64,000 nt of DNA, from positions 64,001 through 128,000 of the forward strand of contig CAVOXA010000015.1 of assembly GCA_963700285.1 (NCBI GenBank), given 5' to 3'. Below are positions 20,922-32,209 of the stretch, in pieces. Origin of the DNA: an uncultured Chloroflexia bacterium (GTDB taxonomy: Bacteria > Chloroflexota > Anaerolineae > JAAYZQ01). The translations under genes and the position numbers were made by a program. The notes under the pieces are model-generated. The model ran no database searches. It was not told the DNA's origin and saw only the letters and a list, made by a program, of their open reading frames with translations. Positions within the stretch are counted from its first letter, which is position 1. Every line of letters begins with the position of its first letter.

Positions 20922-23330
20922 CTATTGTCCCGTCGGAATAGACAGCGTGGTCACAATCACAGAGTCGCTCATCGGCTGGCCATCGGAGCCCAGTACGGGC
21001 AGCCGCTCACCTGTCTCCAACTGGTAGAGACCGACGAGCAATTGGTAATCACCCGGCGGAGCATCGGCTGCGATCTCCAATCGATGCGCATCTACCACGA
21101 TCTCGCCAGGTGCCCAACCTGAGGTAGGATAGGCACCTCCTTCTGGCTCGCCGTCGTGCTGGCCGGCGATGCGCCCATCTTCACCCACCAGGTGGACAAA
21201 GACCGTATAATCCGTGTCGAGGGGAGTTCCTGCCTGCCAGTAGAGCTGCAAGCTGCAGGTCGAGACTGGTGGCTCACAGGCCAGCGTGTAGCCCAAGATG
21301 CGGATCCCATCGTCAAATACTGCCCCTAGTGATGTCTCAGGGCTCGCGACCGCCGTATCCATGGTCGTGAGATAGTCAAGTACCACCCGGTCCTGGCCTT
21401 CCGCCGACGGCAAGATGTTCTCCTGGTCTTCAGGCGAGTAGAGCCCCATCTCTAGCCGGTAGCGGCCTGGAGCCAGGTCAGCCGGCAAAGCGAGCACATG
21501 GCGATCTATCACGGCCTGATCCTGGGGCCAGACCGTTGGCTGATAGTAACCTCCCAGTAACAGTTCATCGCGCTGGGCAACCCGTTCCTCATCCGGCCCG
21601 ATTAGATGCAGGAAGACAGTATAGGTGGTACGCGGAGCCTCCAGTGCCCGCCAAAGCAGGCTTACCTCCAGCTCACCATCAGGCTGCAGCACAGCGGAAG
21701 ATAGTTCGTATCCCTCAAGAGCAAGTTCCTGGCCAAACTCTACTTCCAGGGGCTGGCTCACTGCCGGGTCAGGTCGCTCAGCATAACCTTGCCCCACAAA
21801 GACCGCCATCCCCTGTTCGCCAAAGGCCAGATCCATCTGATCCAGAACAGTACGGATGAAGTCATCCTCGAACCTCGACTGCAAACGCCAACCGTCCACG
21901 ACCAGCCAAACGCGGGGCGCTGTAGCCAACACGCTGCGCAACTGCCCCACCTGGTCAAGAACTGGCGCGCCCACCCACCTGTCTACCAGTCTCCCCTCTG
22001 GACCAGGCATCACGTACTCTTCATAGCCAGACTGCATGGCATAATAGTCAGCTTGCCCCAGGTACAGGGCACTGGCCGGTGGATTGGTCGTCAACACGAC
22101 ATCACCTGGCCGTATGACTTCCCTTAGGAAGCGAAAGGCATGGTCGTAACCCCATTCTTGGGTGAACGCAGAGCGAAAGCCAATGACAGCCACAAAGGCT
22201 GCCAGTGCCAAGGCCGCCAACGCGCTCCACCACAGAGGCCTGGGCTTGAGCCACCCCGCCAAAACCGCGCCCACGATCAACCACAACAGCGGCAGCAACA
22301 TGAAAGCGTAGCGGGGCGTCCGCCAGGTCGGTCCAGCCAGGAAGAGTAATTCAGCCAGAGCAACTCCCAGGACCAGGTAGAGGTAAAACAGAGGCGAGCG
22401 CCGTTCCCTTTGCCGCACGATACAGATCAAACCAGCCAGTGCGATCACGGTGAAAGGCAGTCGCCACCAGTCAATAAAGGCCGGGGCAAAGCTCCGCAGT
22501 CCACTGAATAGACCGCTGGCAGGAAAGGTCAGATAGGGCCGGACTTTGTGGATTGCTTCCAGGTGACTGGCTTCGGCCAGACCAAGGCCAAATGCCCCGA
22601 CCAGGTCAACGCCAAAGATGACAACAGCAAAACCAGCCAGGCCCAAAAGAAAGGGTCCCACAACGCTCGGACGCAGCGACCAGCGTAGACCCCGCGCGGC
22701 CAGCACCGCCAGGGCCAGGGCAGGCAGCAGCAGCGCCGCCTCAGCGTGGGCGAACATGGCAGCGACCAGCAATCCCAGCGCCGTCCAACGCAGCCAGGGC
22801 CGGTCTCCTGCGCGATGAGCCACTGCCTCTTTCTGCTCAATGGCACCCAGATAGAAGACATAGACAGCCAGCAGCACCAGCAACTGCAGCAAAGCGTACA
22901 TGCGTACGCGCCCACCCCAGGCGATGGCCTCGGGATCCATGGCCACGGCTGCCGCTGCTATCAGCCCAGCGGCTTCGGCTGTACTCACGCCGAGCCCTGA
23001 GGAGAAGAGCCGCCGGCCGATGGCAAAGACTGCTAATACAGTAGCAATGCCAATGAACAGACTGGGCAGCCGAAGCAGCGTTTCCTCCAAGCCAAAGATC
23101 CACAGGAATGGCGCTTCCAGATAGGTAAAGAGGAGCCCGTGCGTGTAGAAGTTGCCTGACGAAAACAGGGGCAACCCCCGCTCCAGAACGGTCTTGGCGG
23201 CCCAGAGGGTGGTGAATTCGTCAAAGAAGAAGCTGATGCGCTGGATGTAGAGCCAGCGCAAAGCAATGGCGGCAATGATCAAGACCAGCAGAGTGGCCGC
23301 AATCAATAGCCGATGTCTGGCGTGGCTCAC
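20922..23330 (-). CDS. GT-C (GT39/ArnT-like) glycosyltransferase with two C-terminal extracellular repeat domains
   Basis: FFDEFTT after TM1, RLPSL, RMYAL; YTVFLHL/YTVFVHL repeats. Confidence 0.8.
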   Translation of the reverse strand: MSHARHRLLIAATLLVLIIAAIALRWLYIQRISFFFDEFTTLWAAKTVLERGLPLFSSGNFYTHGLLFTYLEAPFLWIFGLEETLLRLPSLFIGIATVLAVFAIGRRLFSSGLGVSTAEAAGLIAAAAVAMDPEAIAWGGRVRMYALLQLLVLLAVYVFYLGAIEQKEAVAHRAGDRPWLRWTALGLLVAAMFAHAEAALLLPALALAVLAARGLRWSLRPSVVGPFLLGLAGFAVVIFGVDLVGAFGLGLAEASHLEAIHKVRPYLTFPASGLFSGLRSFAPAFIDWWRLPFTVIALAGLICIVRQRERRSPLFYLYLVLGVALAELLFLAGPTWRTPRYAFMLLPLLWLIVGAVLAGWLKPRPLWWSALAALALAAFVAVIGFRSAFTQEWGYDHAFRFLREVIRPGDVVLTTNPPASALYLGQADYYAMQSGYEEYVMPGPEGRLVDRWVGAPVLDQVGQLRSVLATAPRVWLVVDGWRLQSRFEDDFIRTVLDQMDLAFGEQGMAVFVGQGYAERPDPAVSQPLEVEFGQELALEGYELSSAVLQPDGELEVSLLWRALEAPRTTYTVFLHLIGPDEERVAQRDELLLGGYYQPTVWPQDQAVIDRHVLALPADLAPGRYRLEMGLYSPEDQENILPSAEGQDRVVLDYLTTMDTAVASPETSLGAVFDDGIRILGYTLACEPPVSTCSLQLYWQAGTPLDTDYTVFVHLVGEDGRIAGQHDGEPEGGAYPTSGWAPGEIVVDAHRLEIAADAPPGDYQLLVGLYQLETGERLPVLGSDGQPMSDSVIVTTLSIPTGQ

Positions 23331-25762
23331 GGTACCACCTCAATCTGCTGTAGGGTTACTGGCTCGCCCAGTCGCTCCATCGTCTCCAATCGATACATGC
23401 CGGCCAGCAGTGTCGCAACCCCCGAGGCGCTTTCACTCACCACGAAGTCGTGACCATCGGCTACTAGCTCGCCCTGCCGCCAGTAGGACGTTGGGTAGAG
23501 ACCGTCTGCCGGTTGCCCATCGTGCTGGCTCCAGACCATCCCATCGGGTCCCTGCAGTTGCACGAAGGCCGTATAGTTCTGTTCCATCTCGGCCAGGGCG
23601 CGCCACACCAACCGTACCTTCACCCGGTCCCCGGGCGCCAACGGCTCGCCCTCGGCCAGCGCAACCCAATCGCCTCCAGCCTCTCGCCACAGATCGAATC
23701 CCACCAATTCGACCTGCCCCTCCAGATTGGCTTCTACCTGTGTCCCTGGACCATCAATCTCCACATGGCCCAGGGGGATGTAGGCCAGATCCAGGACATC
23801 ACTCCCATCCGTCAGTGGCAATCGATCCAAGTTCACAGGATCGTACCAACCCACCACCAGGTGATAGCGGCCGGGCTGGGCATCGGGGGGCAGGGTGAGC
23901 CGGCGGACATCGCGCAGGCGTTCGCCTGGCAACCAATGGTCGGTGGCGTGCAGTCCATTGAAAGGGGGGGCATCAGCCTGGGCTACCCGCCGGCCGCCAG
24001 GATCGATCAGGTGTACAAAAGTGGTGTAAGGCGCATCGACCCAGTCGTGGGCTTGCCAGTGCAGGGTCACGGTCAGCACATCCCCTGGCTCCAGGTTGGC
24101 AGGCTCCAATCCATAGCCAACCAGGTCTATACCCCCCTCAAAGCCAGCCTGTGCGTCCCGGTAGTATGCTGCCTCTTCCCCGGGCTTTTCGACAAAGGCC
24201 AGCGCATTGTGATGGCGAAAGACCGGTTCCATTCGATCCCAGATCGCCTGTGCGAACTCGGGAGTGTAGCGGGCGCGGAAGCGGAATTCATCGGTCACAA
24301 ACCAGAGGCGTCCGGGCCCGTCGAGGGCGCTTTCAAGTTGCTCCACGCTGTCCATGAGCGGCGCCCCAACCCAGCGATCCACCCAGGCCCCGTCCTTTTG
24401 CATGAGAAACTCTTCGTGACGAATCTGCATGGCAAAATGGTCTACCTGCCCCAGCTCGACGGCGATGGCTGGCACCGCCCAGCCGGCTACCTGGTCATCT
24501 GGCTGCCAGTGCTCGCGGACATAGGCCAGCGTCGGCCCATACCCCTCCTCCAGCTTGGTCAAGGTATCCAGCGCTTTGGGTATCGATGGAACCAGGACCA
24601 GCGCGATCAACAGCGCTGCTCCAGCGATGCCCAGCCACCTGACTACGTGGGGTCGATCCAGCACGACTATCAAGTCCGCGGCCACCGCCGAGGCCAGGAT
24701 AAAAAAAGTGGGCAACAGCATAAACAGATAGCGCGGATCCTTCCAACTCTGACCTACTATTGTCAGCATCAGCGCCAGGGTGACCAGGCAGAGCGGGTAA
24801 AGAAGAAAGTAGCCGCTTGACCTGTCCGAGCGTCGCCAGGCGCGCACGGCAAAGACCAAGCCCACCACAAAAAGCAGGCTAATCAGAAGGCGATGAGGCT
24901 CAGCAAAGTAGGGGGACAATGGCTTGAGGCCGGCCAGGAGATCCAGCGTCGGTTGGAGTGCTGGCCGGGAATCGATAGGCTGAAACTGCCCACCCCCCGT
25001 TGAGATCAGGCGGTGGATCGAAAACCGCGCCAGCACCGCTAGCCCGCCTATGCCAAAAGCCAGCCACACCTGGAACCGGCGCAAAACCGACCAGCCCTCC
25101 ATCAGCAGCAAGCCCAAGGCAAAACCGGGCAACAAGAGTGCCGCTTCTGCGTGGGCAAAGACCGCGCCCACGAAGGCCATGGTGAAGAACGCATAGCGCC
25201 GCTGGTAAAGCCACAGGATTGCCAGTAGTACCAAGACCTGCTGTAGCGTGTAGGCCCGCGCCCGGCCAGCCCAAAGGATGGCACTGGGGTCCAATGCCAG
25301 CAAGGCTGCAGCCAGCAAGCCAATGGCTTCAGCTCGCCAACGCTTGGCAAAGTTGCCCCCAGCCTCAGTGATTGACTGCTTGGCGCCGCTGCCCAGGCCA
25401 GTCTCTGGGGTGGGAAAAAGGCTGCGCCCTACCCAATAGGTAAGGGGAATGGCCACCACGCCAGCGATCAAGCTGGGTAGTTGGGCCACTTCCGGCGTCC
25501 AGCCCAGCAGCCCGAGAAAAAGAGCATCGAGATAGGAGAACAGCATCCCGTGGCCGTAGAAACTGCCCGATGGCAGGAAAGGCAATCCGCGCTCCCAGAT
25601 GCCCTGGGCTACCAGCATTGTGGCCCACTCGTCTACGAACGGGTCGCCGTTCAGGAAATAGCCCAGCCGCAACGCCACTCCCACGGCGATGATCAGGGCC
25701 AGGGCCAGCCATGGACCCCAAGCTCGCCAGCGGGACCTTGTGCGCGGTTCTGGTTCTGCCAT
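23327..25762 (-). CDS. GT-C (GT39/ArnT-like) glycosyltransferase with two C-terminal repeat domains
   Basis: FVDEWAT, ARAYTL; paralogous to the neighbouring gene; 4-bp overlap. Confidence 0.8.
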   Translation of the reverse strand: MAEPEPRTRSRWRAWGPWLALALIIAVGVALRLGYFLNGDPFVDEWATMLVAQGIWERGLPFLPSGSFYGHGMLFSYLDALFLGLLGWTPEVAQLPSLIAGVVAIPLTYWVGRSLFPTPETGLGSGAKQSITEAGGNFAKRWRAEAIGLLAAALLALDPSAILWAGRARAYTLQQVLVLLAILWLYQRRYAFFTMAFVGAVFAHAEAALLLPGFALGLLLMEGWSVLRRFQVWLAFGIGGLAVLARFSIHRLISTGGGQFQPIDSRPALQPTLDLLAGLKPLSPYFAEPHRLLISLLFVVGLVFAVRAWRRSDRSSGYFLLYPLCLVTLALMLTIVGQSWKDPRYLFMLLPTFFILASAVAADLIVVLDRPHVVRWLGIAGAALLIALVLVPSIPKALDTLTKLEEGYGPTLAYVREHWQPDDQVAGWAVPAIAVELGQVDHFAMQIRHEEFLMQKDGAWVDRWVGAPLMDSVEQLESALDGPGRLWFVTDEFRFRARYTPEFAQAIWDRMEPVFRHHNALAFVEKPGEEAAYYRDAQAGFEGGIDLVGYGLEPANLEPGDVLTVTLHWQAHDWVDAPYTTFVHLIDPGGRRVAQADAPPFNGLHATDHWLPGERLRDVRRLTLPPDAQPGRYHLVVGWYDPVNLDRLPLTDGSDVLDLAYIPLGHVEIDGPGTQVEANLEGQVELVGFDLWREAGGDWVALAEGEPLAPGDRVKVRLVWRALAEMEQNYTAFVQLQGPDGMVWSQHDGQPADGLYPTSYWRQGELVADGHDFVVSESASGVATLLAGMYRLETMERLGEPVTLQQIEVVP

Positions 25763-25773
25763 CGTCCCCGATC

Positions 25774-26730
25774 TCAGCTTCCCAGCTCCTCTCGCACTGT
25801 ATAGATCGGCTTGCCCTGTGCCTCAAAGTAGGTACGGGTTACCAGCTCGGCCAGCAACCCGCTGGTGATGAGTTGCACGCCCAACATGGTCAGCAAGATC
25901 GCCAGCAATACCAGGGGTCGACCTCCGATATCCTCACCCACGACCAGCCTTACGACCGCCAGATAAACCAAAAGTGCGCCGCCAATCATGAGAGCGAGCA
26001 AACCGCCCAGCCCAAAGATGTGGATCGGGCGCGTGGAATAGCTGAGCATGAACTTGACGACCAACAGGTCCAGCAAAACCCTGAAGGTACGGGAGATGCC
26101 GTATTTGGACTGGCCGAATCGCCGGGGATAGTGCGCGACCTCTATCTCGGTCACCTGTCCACCTTGCCCATAGGCCAGGGCTGGGAGAAAACGGTGCATC
26201 TCGCCGTAGAGCCGCACATCGGCAAGCACGTCACGGCCATAGGCCTTGAGTGAGCAACCATAGTCGTGCAGGTGGACGCCAGTTCCCCAGGAGATCAGGC
26301 GGTTGGCCATGATGGAAGGCAATCGACGATCAAGAAAGCGATCCTGCCGGTCCTTGCGCCAGCCACTGACTACGTCATAGCCCTCCTCGAACTTGGACAG
26401 CAGGCGAGGGATGTCGGCCGGATCGTTCTGCAAGTCAGCGTCTATCGTAACGATCACCTCGCCCCGCGCCCGATCGAAACCGGCGCTAAAGCCGGCGGTC
26501 TGCCCATAGTTTCGTCTCAGGCGAACCACGCGAATATGCTCATCGCCAGCCAGCAACTCTCGCAGCACCGACAAGCTGCTGTCGGTGCTGCCATCGTCGA
26601 CAAAAATCAGTTCGTAGTTTCGGTCCATTTCTGCCAGCGCCTCGGTCAGGCTCTGATGCAAGGCAACCAACGATTCCTCTTCGTTGTACACGGGGATGAC
26701 GACTGAGAGATAAATATCCGATTTGCTCAT
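25774..26730 (-). CDS. GT2 polyprenyl-phosphate glycosyltransferase (ArnC/GtrB-like)
   Basis: SVVIPVYNEE, FVDDGSTD, DADLQNDPADIP, LYGEMHRF; two C-terminal TM helices. Confidence 0.9.
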   Translation of the reverse strand: MSKSDIYLSVVIPVYNEEESLVALHQSLTEALAEMDRNYELIFVDDGSTDSSLSVLRELLAGDEHIRVVRLRRNYGQTAGFSAGFDRARGEVIVTIDADLQNDPADIPRLLSKFEEGYDVVSGWRKDRQDRFLDRRLPSIMANRLISWGTGVHLHDYGCSLKAYGRDVLADVRLYGEMHRFLPALAYGQGGQVTEIEVAHYPRRFGQSKYGISRTFRVLLDLLVVKFMLSYSTRPIHIFGLGGLLALMIGGALLVYLAVVRLVVGEDIGGRPLVLLAILLTMLGVQLITSGLLAELVTRTYFEAQGKPIYTVREELGS

Positions 26731-26752
26731 AGTGAATCCTTCCTCACAACCT

Positions 26753-29444
26753 CTATTTCACCTGGATCGTACCCAGTTCTATGCTATCGCCCCCTGCTGG
26801 CAGAGGGGCTGCAACAGCCATGCCTTCAGCCACCACGGGCAGACGTTCTCCTGTATCTGGGTCGTACATGCCCACTACGATTTGGTATTCGCCGCTGGGT
26901 GTTCCAGCCGGGATAAGGATCCCGACGGGATCCTGGATTACCTCGCCCGCCGCCCACTCAGTCGTCGGCAGAGAGCCACCCCCTGGCTGGCTGTCCTGCT
27001 GAGCCACCAACCGCCCTTCTGCATCCAAGATATGAGCAAAGACAGCGAGCTGCCCGGCCAATGGTTCACTTGCCTCCCAAAACAGGATCAGCCGTACCAT
27101 CCGGCCGGGTTCGATCCACTCCTCAGCCAGGTTATAGCCCAGTAGCTTGACCTGATCCCCCAGCCGGCTATCCAGCGGGTGCTCTATCTCCTCACTCTCC
27201 CCGGGTCCGGCACCTGCCTTGGCAAGCGGCGCACCGAAAGGTGACCAAACGCACGCTGCCATGCCATTCGGTCTGCCCGCGGTAGGCGTGCTCGTTCAGC
27301 CATCCTTCGATATAGCGATCCGGATCGACACTCTGTTCCTCTCGAAAGACAACAAAGACAACGGGATGGTTGGCAACGATCTCTTCCAACACCTCGGCCG
27401 CCGCTTCGGGTTCCATAGACGGCCCCTGGGGCAGCAGGTACGGCGTCAGGGGCCCTTCGTAGGTGCGCCCCACGGCCTCGGCCTGGTCGGGCGGCACGAC
27501 CAGGATGGCATCAGTCTTTTGCCCCATTGCCGCGAGAGTCTGGGCCACAGCCTGGTAGTCAGCGATGTCGTACCCTTCCATAGGGCGCTGCGCCTTGTGG
27601 TAGAGCAGCACAGTGTCGCCGTCAGGCAGCGGAAACTGCCTGTCCAGCTCAAACGTCGCGTCAAATAGACCCGGGGCTGCTTCCAGATGGCGCAGCGCTT
27701 CCTGAGCTGCGTCGTCGATCCACTTGTAGTTCTCCTCGATCATGACCAAATAATCATACTCGAAGAGGTGAGAGGCGATGGAATCGGGAATGCCAGAGCG
27801 GGCAAGGTTCTGCACCTGGATGGCAGGATAGCCCTGAAGCGCCAGCATGCCGAACAGGTCAGGGTTCACGTGCTCGTTGTTGACCAGCACCCCCAGCTTG
27901 GTGCTCTCGGCGCCAGAAGCCTGCCGGTCCGCCTCAACTAGCTGCAGAATGTCCGGTATCACCCAGTAGCCGCGGTCTGTCTCGCCGTCATCTGGCAGCA
28001 GGTGCGCTCCGCCCCGGGCAAAAAGGCCCGTATCACCCAACACCGGCAAGGTCAAGGACATCTTGTCCGCTATCTGGTGGGGAGCCTCAAAGGAAAGGAC
28101 AAAGAATTGCAGCAGTCCCCACCCAACAAGCAGGACGACCAGTATCGTAACCGCTTTTTTCCACGGCAGCCGGAAGAGTCCTGCGGCTAATAGCAGGGCC
28201 AGGGCGGGCAACACAGGCGTGATCCCCCGCGATTTGCGATAGATAGAGAGGGTGAGCAGCAGGTAGGATCCGGCCACCCAGAGGGCCGTTACCCACCAGG
28301 CGTCGCTGGCTCGCCGCAACGTGGTCCATACATCACCTTTGCGCCACAGGTACAGGAACAGAGCCAGCACAGCAATAGCCAGAAAGATGAAATGAACAGG
28401 GGACAGGTGCTCATTGACCATCTGGGCTAGAAAATAGCCATAGGTATCCAATCTATCCAGATTGGCGGACCGTTCCCAAGGATCATTCACACCAAAGCCA
28501 AAGCGCAGCAAGCGTTCAATGAAGGTAATGCGGGGGAGGTACCAGAGCGAACCCAACGTACCACCCAGAAAGATGGCGGATAGGAAGTTGGTATCAGGGC
28601 CCGGTTTCAGGCGCAGCAAATAGATCGTTGCCGCAATCAGGACAGCCCACAAGGGCACGAGCCAGCCTCCCAACGGCAACTGGTTGGCAATCTCGCGGGC
28701 CGGCAGATACCAGGCAGCCGCCAGGACCAACCCGAGGCCCAAGGCCAAAAGTATTTCCCTGACCTCAAGGTGCAAACCAGGCCGCAGACGCCGCCTCAAA
28801 CTGCCCAGCGCTTCGGAGCGTATGACAACCACACACAGTGGGGCAAAGACAAAGACCAGATAGGTACGTTTTGTCAGCAAGCCTAGCCCAAAAGAGAGCC
28901 CGAACAGCAATGACGCTACCCGGTTTTCAAAGCCATCACTGGCCAGCAACAGGTAGATACTGAGAGCCACGATGGCCGTCAGCGCCAGTTCCAGGTAAAA
29001 GTAGCGGGAGATAGCATAGATCATTGGTAGGGTAGCAACGATAAAAGCTGCCAAAAGACCCACACGCCGTCCACCAAGTCGCCGCCCGATGCCGAATACC
29101 GAGCCAAACAGCACTGCCAGGTAGAGGACATTGACCATCGTCCCTACGTCTCCGGAAAGGCCAAAGAACCGGTAGAGGGGGACTGCCGACAAGAAATACA
29201 GGGGCGGCCGGTTAGGGTGCCAGGTAACCGCGGCAAAGAGCGTCTTGGGACCAAAGGGGCGCAGGATTGTATCGTATATGAAACTGGTTCCCAGATGCGA
29301 GGGCACGTCCCAACCCAGGACTGTCACATTGGTCGAAAGCCACAGCCAATTGTTGACGGCGTGGAACACAACCAGGGCAACAAGCACACCCAAGGTCACG
29401 ATGCGAATCAGTTTCTCGTTCTCAAACCAACTCTGCATGGTCAT
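26753..29444 (-). CDS. GT-C glycosyltransferase with C-terminal repeat domain; frameshift near 27240
   Basis: WDVPSH, RPPLYF, LGLLTK; ORF 26753-27262 supplies the AVFAHIL...YDPDTGERLP domain. Confidence 0.75.
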
Positions 29445-29484
29445 AGTAGAAAACAGGGCCAGGGCGCCAAGGTACTTGGGTGGC

Positions 29485-32088
29485 CTATGGTCCTTTTAGC
29501 TGTACCTGGCCCAAAGTTGTACTGTCGCCCAAAGTCTTGCCAGCACTGTTCAAAGCGGGCAAACGCTGGCCCGTACCGGGGTGATACATGCCCACCACTA
29601 GGTCATATTCGCCGGCAGGCGCCTCGTCTGAGATAGGAAGGTCAATCTGATCGCGCACAAACTCGCCTGGCAGCCAAAGGCTCGTCGGGTAGAAACCTGT
29701 CACTGGCTGGCTGTCTCGCTGGCCCCAGATTTTGCCATCTGCGCCGACCAGGTGTACAAAGACCGTATAATCTTCTGCCATTGATGCGAGACTTTCCCAG
29801 AACAGTGTCAGTTGCAGGGTAGCACCTGGTTCACCTTGCCCCTCCAGGTCGTAGCCGAACAGGCGTACCTTGTTGTTGAAACTAACCTCCTGAGCCACTT
29901 GCGGGGAAGGAGGCGGGCTCACTGCGCCCCGCACGACCTCTACAGAGCCCAACAGAAGGTCGCCGTCCATGTGCACAGGTTCCAGAGGAACCATGGCCGT
30001 TGGATCGTGCATGCCCATTTCGATCTGGTAGACGCCTGGCGGGGTGCCCGGCAGGACCTGGATCCGCCTTCTGTCAACCACCACCATCTCCTCCCCCCAA
30101 AGACTGGTGGGCATGGCGCCCCACAGTGGGCTGCCATCCTGTCCCCCCCAAACGTCATACGCACCGTTGATCAGGTGCAGATATACGCTATAGTCGGTCT
30201 CCAGGGGCTCCCTGCGCTGCCAATAAAGCGTGACTTCTACCTCGCCTCCGGGCTCTACCTGCTGCGTCTCCAGATCGTAACCTAGGAATGTCACCTTATC
30301 GCCTAGGTTGACCGCAGCCGGATGGGTGATGGCGGGAGCCTCGTCTAGAACAAGGGGGGGTACCTTGTACACCCGAGCGTAGTCGATGCCGTCGATTCGG
30401 GCCACATACTCGGGCTCCCATGTCTCAAGGGTTTCGACCACCTCAGGTGAAGGGATATCGCGCTGCGCATAGCTCAAGTAAGAGATAACATAGTCAGACA
30501 GGAGCCACAGTCCAGTCCAGTTGCCCTGCCTCAGTGGCTGGGCGCTTCCCTCGAAATGATGGCGAAAGACATGATTGGGATAGGCGGTGGAGACCTTGAG
30601 GTTTTCAGCATCCTGTTTCTGGTTCAGGTATTGGGCCGCCAGGTCGAGCCCTTCCCCGCCGCCAAAGACAAATAGGCGAGAGGCCATTCCTGCGCCGCCC
30701 AACAGTGGGTTGAAATAGGCTGAATAGTAGGGCCTCAGGCGCAACCAGAGGAACATAGACCCGATGATACCGATAATTGCCAGGCCGTAGAGAAGCCAGG
30801 CAGCATTCTGTGCACTACTCTTCTGTCGCTGCTGCCACTTGTCCACCAGCCAGTTGAGAGATGCCGACAGGCCAAGGGCAGCTACGACGTCGATCATAGG
30901 GAAGACGGGAAGAACGTAGCCTTCCAGCTTTTTCGCGGCCAGTGAGATCATGACTATGAAGAAAAAGATGTAGGCTACTCCCAGCCATGCAGCCAAGCGT
31001 TGTTCCCCCGGCCAGTTTTTCCGCCACTGAGCCACCGCAATCGCAGCGAGACCCATCAGGAAGAAGGCAAAAACAACAGGAGATAGTCTAAAGGCTGAGA
31101 TTAGAGGATAGTATCCAGGGCCGGGATCAACCACGACCTTGCCCATGAAAAACTGCATGGGGGCAGCATCAGCAATCAGGGCAGAGGTATGGGTAGCCTC
31201 CAACCCCCAGGAGAAGGTGTGGCCAAGTTGGGCCAGTACCTCACCAGGCTGGACCCACATCGATGGCCAAAGCATGAAAAAGACCAGGCAGGCCACCGCA
31301 ATCCACAGCCCAAAGGACTTTAGCTCGCGCCAGAGCAACGATGTATTGATGCGCTGCCCCGAGGTCAGGTAGATGAGGCGACCGGCGAGCGCCAGCAGAG
31401 AGAAAGGGATCAGGTACAGAGCCGGCAGCTTGGTTAACCAGGCCAAGCCGGCAAAAACGCCGGACAGCACCAGGTAGCGTCGCTGTGAAGTCGCTCTGGG
31501 CTGGGCGACGTACACCAGGAGCGCCAGCGCGGAGAGAAACATGGTGCTGGCCAGGATTGCGTCCACGTGGACCCGGCGAGAATGGGCGAGATAGTTGGGA
31601 TCGATGGCGATCAGAAGAGCAGCAAGGAACGCGGGTTTCCCCCCAAACAGCTTCCTGAGCAGCCAGTAGCCGATCACCACCGTGACCGAGGTCACCAATA
31701 CGGTAAACATGCCCGCTACCGGCAGCAGCGCGAGCAGATCATAATCGCCATCGGCTCGCATCTGATATAGGGTGGATACATCCCCACGCAGAAGAAACCA
31801 GAGCAGGAGAAACCCGCCAAACCCCCACGTTGCGGTAACGCCGGGATGGACAGAGGCAATGGTCACCAGGTCGCCGTGAGTTAGATTGTAGACAAAGTCT
31901 ATGGACCGCTCGATCCAGCGCTGCTCGTCAACAGTGGCATAGCTCCCGATGGCCAGGGAGCGAGGAACGACCGCAATGACAAAGAGCGCGACAGCCGCCA
32001 CCCAGGGGCCGTAGCGCTCAATCGTCCCTGTTGTTCGCCCTGTTGGGTGCTGAGGAACCCGTTGCAGAGATGTCAAGACGGACTCCAA
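29485..32088 (-). CDS. GT-C glycosyltransferase with two C-terminal repeat domains
   Basis: TVDEQRW, HPGV, LAWLTK, AYFNPLLGG; YSVYLHL/YTVFVHL repeats. Confidence 0.8.
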   Translation of the reverse strand: MESVLTSLQRVPQHPTGRTTGTIERYGPWVAAVALFVIAVVPRSLAIGSYATVDEQRWIERSIDFVYNLTHGDLVTIASVHPGVTATWGFGGFLLLWFLLRGDVSTLYQMRADGDYDLLALLPVAGMFTVLVTSVTVVIGYWLLRKLFGGKPAFLAALLIAIDPNYLAHSRRVHVDAILASTMFLSALALLVYVAQPRATSQRRYLVLSGVFAGLAWLTKLPALYLIPFSLLALAGRLIYLTSGQRINTSLLWRELKSFGLWIAVACLVFFMLWPSMWVQPGEVLAQLGHTFSWGLEATHTSALIADAAPMQFFMGKVVVDPGPGYYPLISAFRLSPVVFAFFLMGLAAIAVAQWRKNWPGEQRLAAWLGVAYIFFFIVMISLAAKKLEGYVLPVFPMIDVVAALGLSASLNWLVDKWQQRQKSSAQNAAWLLYGLAIIGIIGSMFLWLRLRPYYSAYFNPLLGGAGMASRLFVFGGGEGLDLAAQYLNQKQDAENLKVSTAYPNHVFRHHFEGSAQPLRQGNWTGLWLLSDYVISYLSYAQRDIPSPEVVETLETWEPEYVARIDGIDYARVYKVPPLVLDEAPAITHPAAVNLGDKVTFLGYDLETQQVEPGGEVEVTLYWQRREPLETDYSVYLHLINGAYDVWGGQDGSPLWGAMPTSLWGEEMVVVDRRRIQVLPGTPPGVYQIEMGMHDPTAMVPLEPVHMDGDLLLGSVEVVRGAVSPPPSPQVAQEVSFNNKVRLFGYDLEGQGEPGATLQLTLFWESLASMAEDYTVFVHLVGADGKIWGQRDSQPVTGFYPTSLWLPGEFVRDQIDLPISDEAPAGEYDLVVGMYHPGTGQRLPALNSAGKTLGDSTTLGQVQLKGP

Positions 32089-32209
32089 TCCGAGAGTACA
32101 CCTTCCATACCACTAGCAGAGCGGCACGAACACGATCATCCCATGCGTCCATTCAACGAGAGCCCCCCACCATATTCGACGGGGGGCTCTCGGTGCTAGT
32201 GTGTCACGG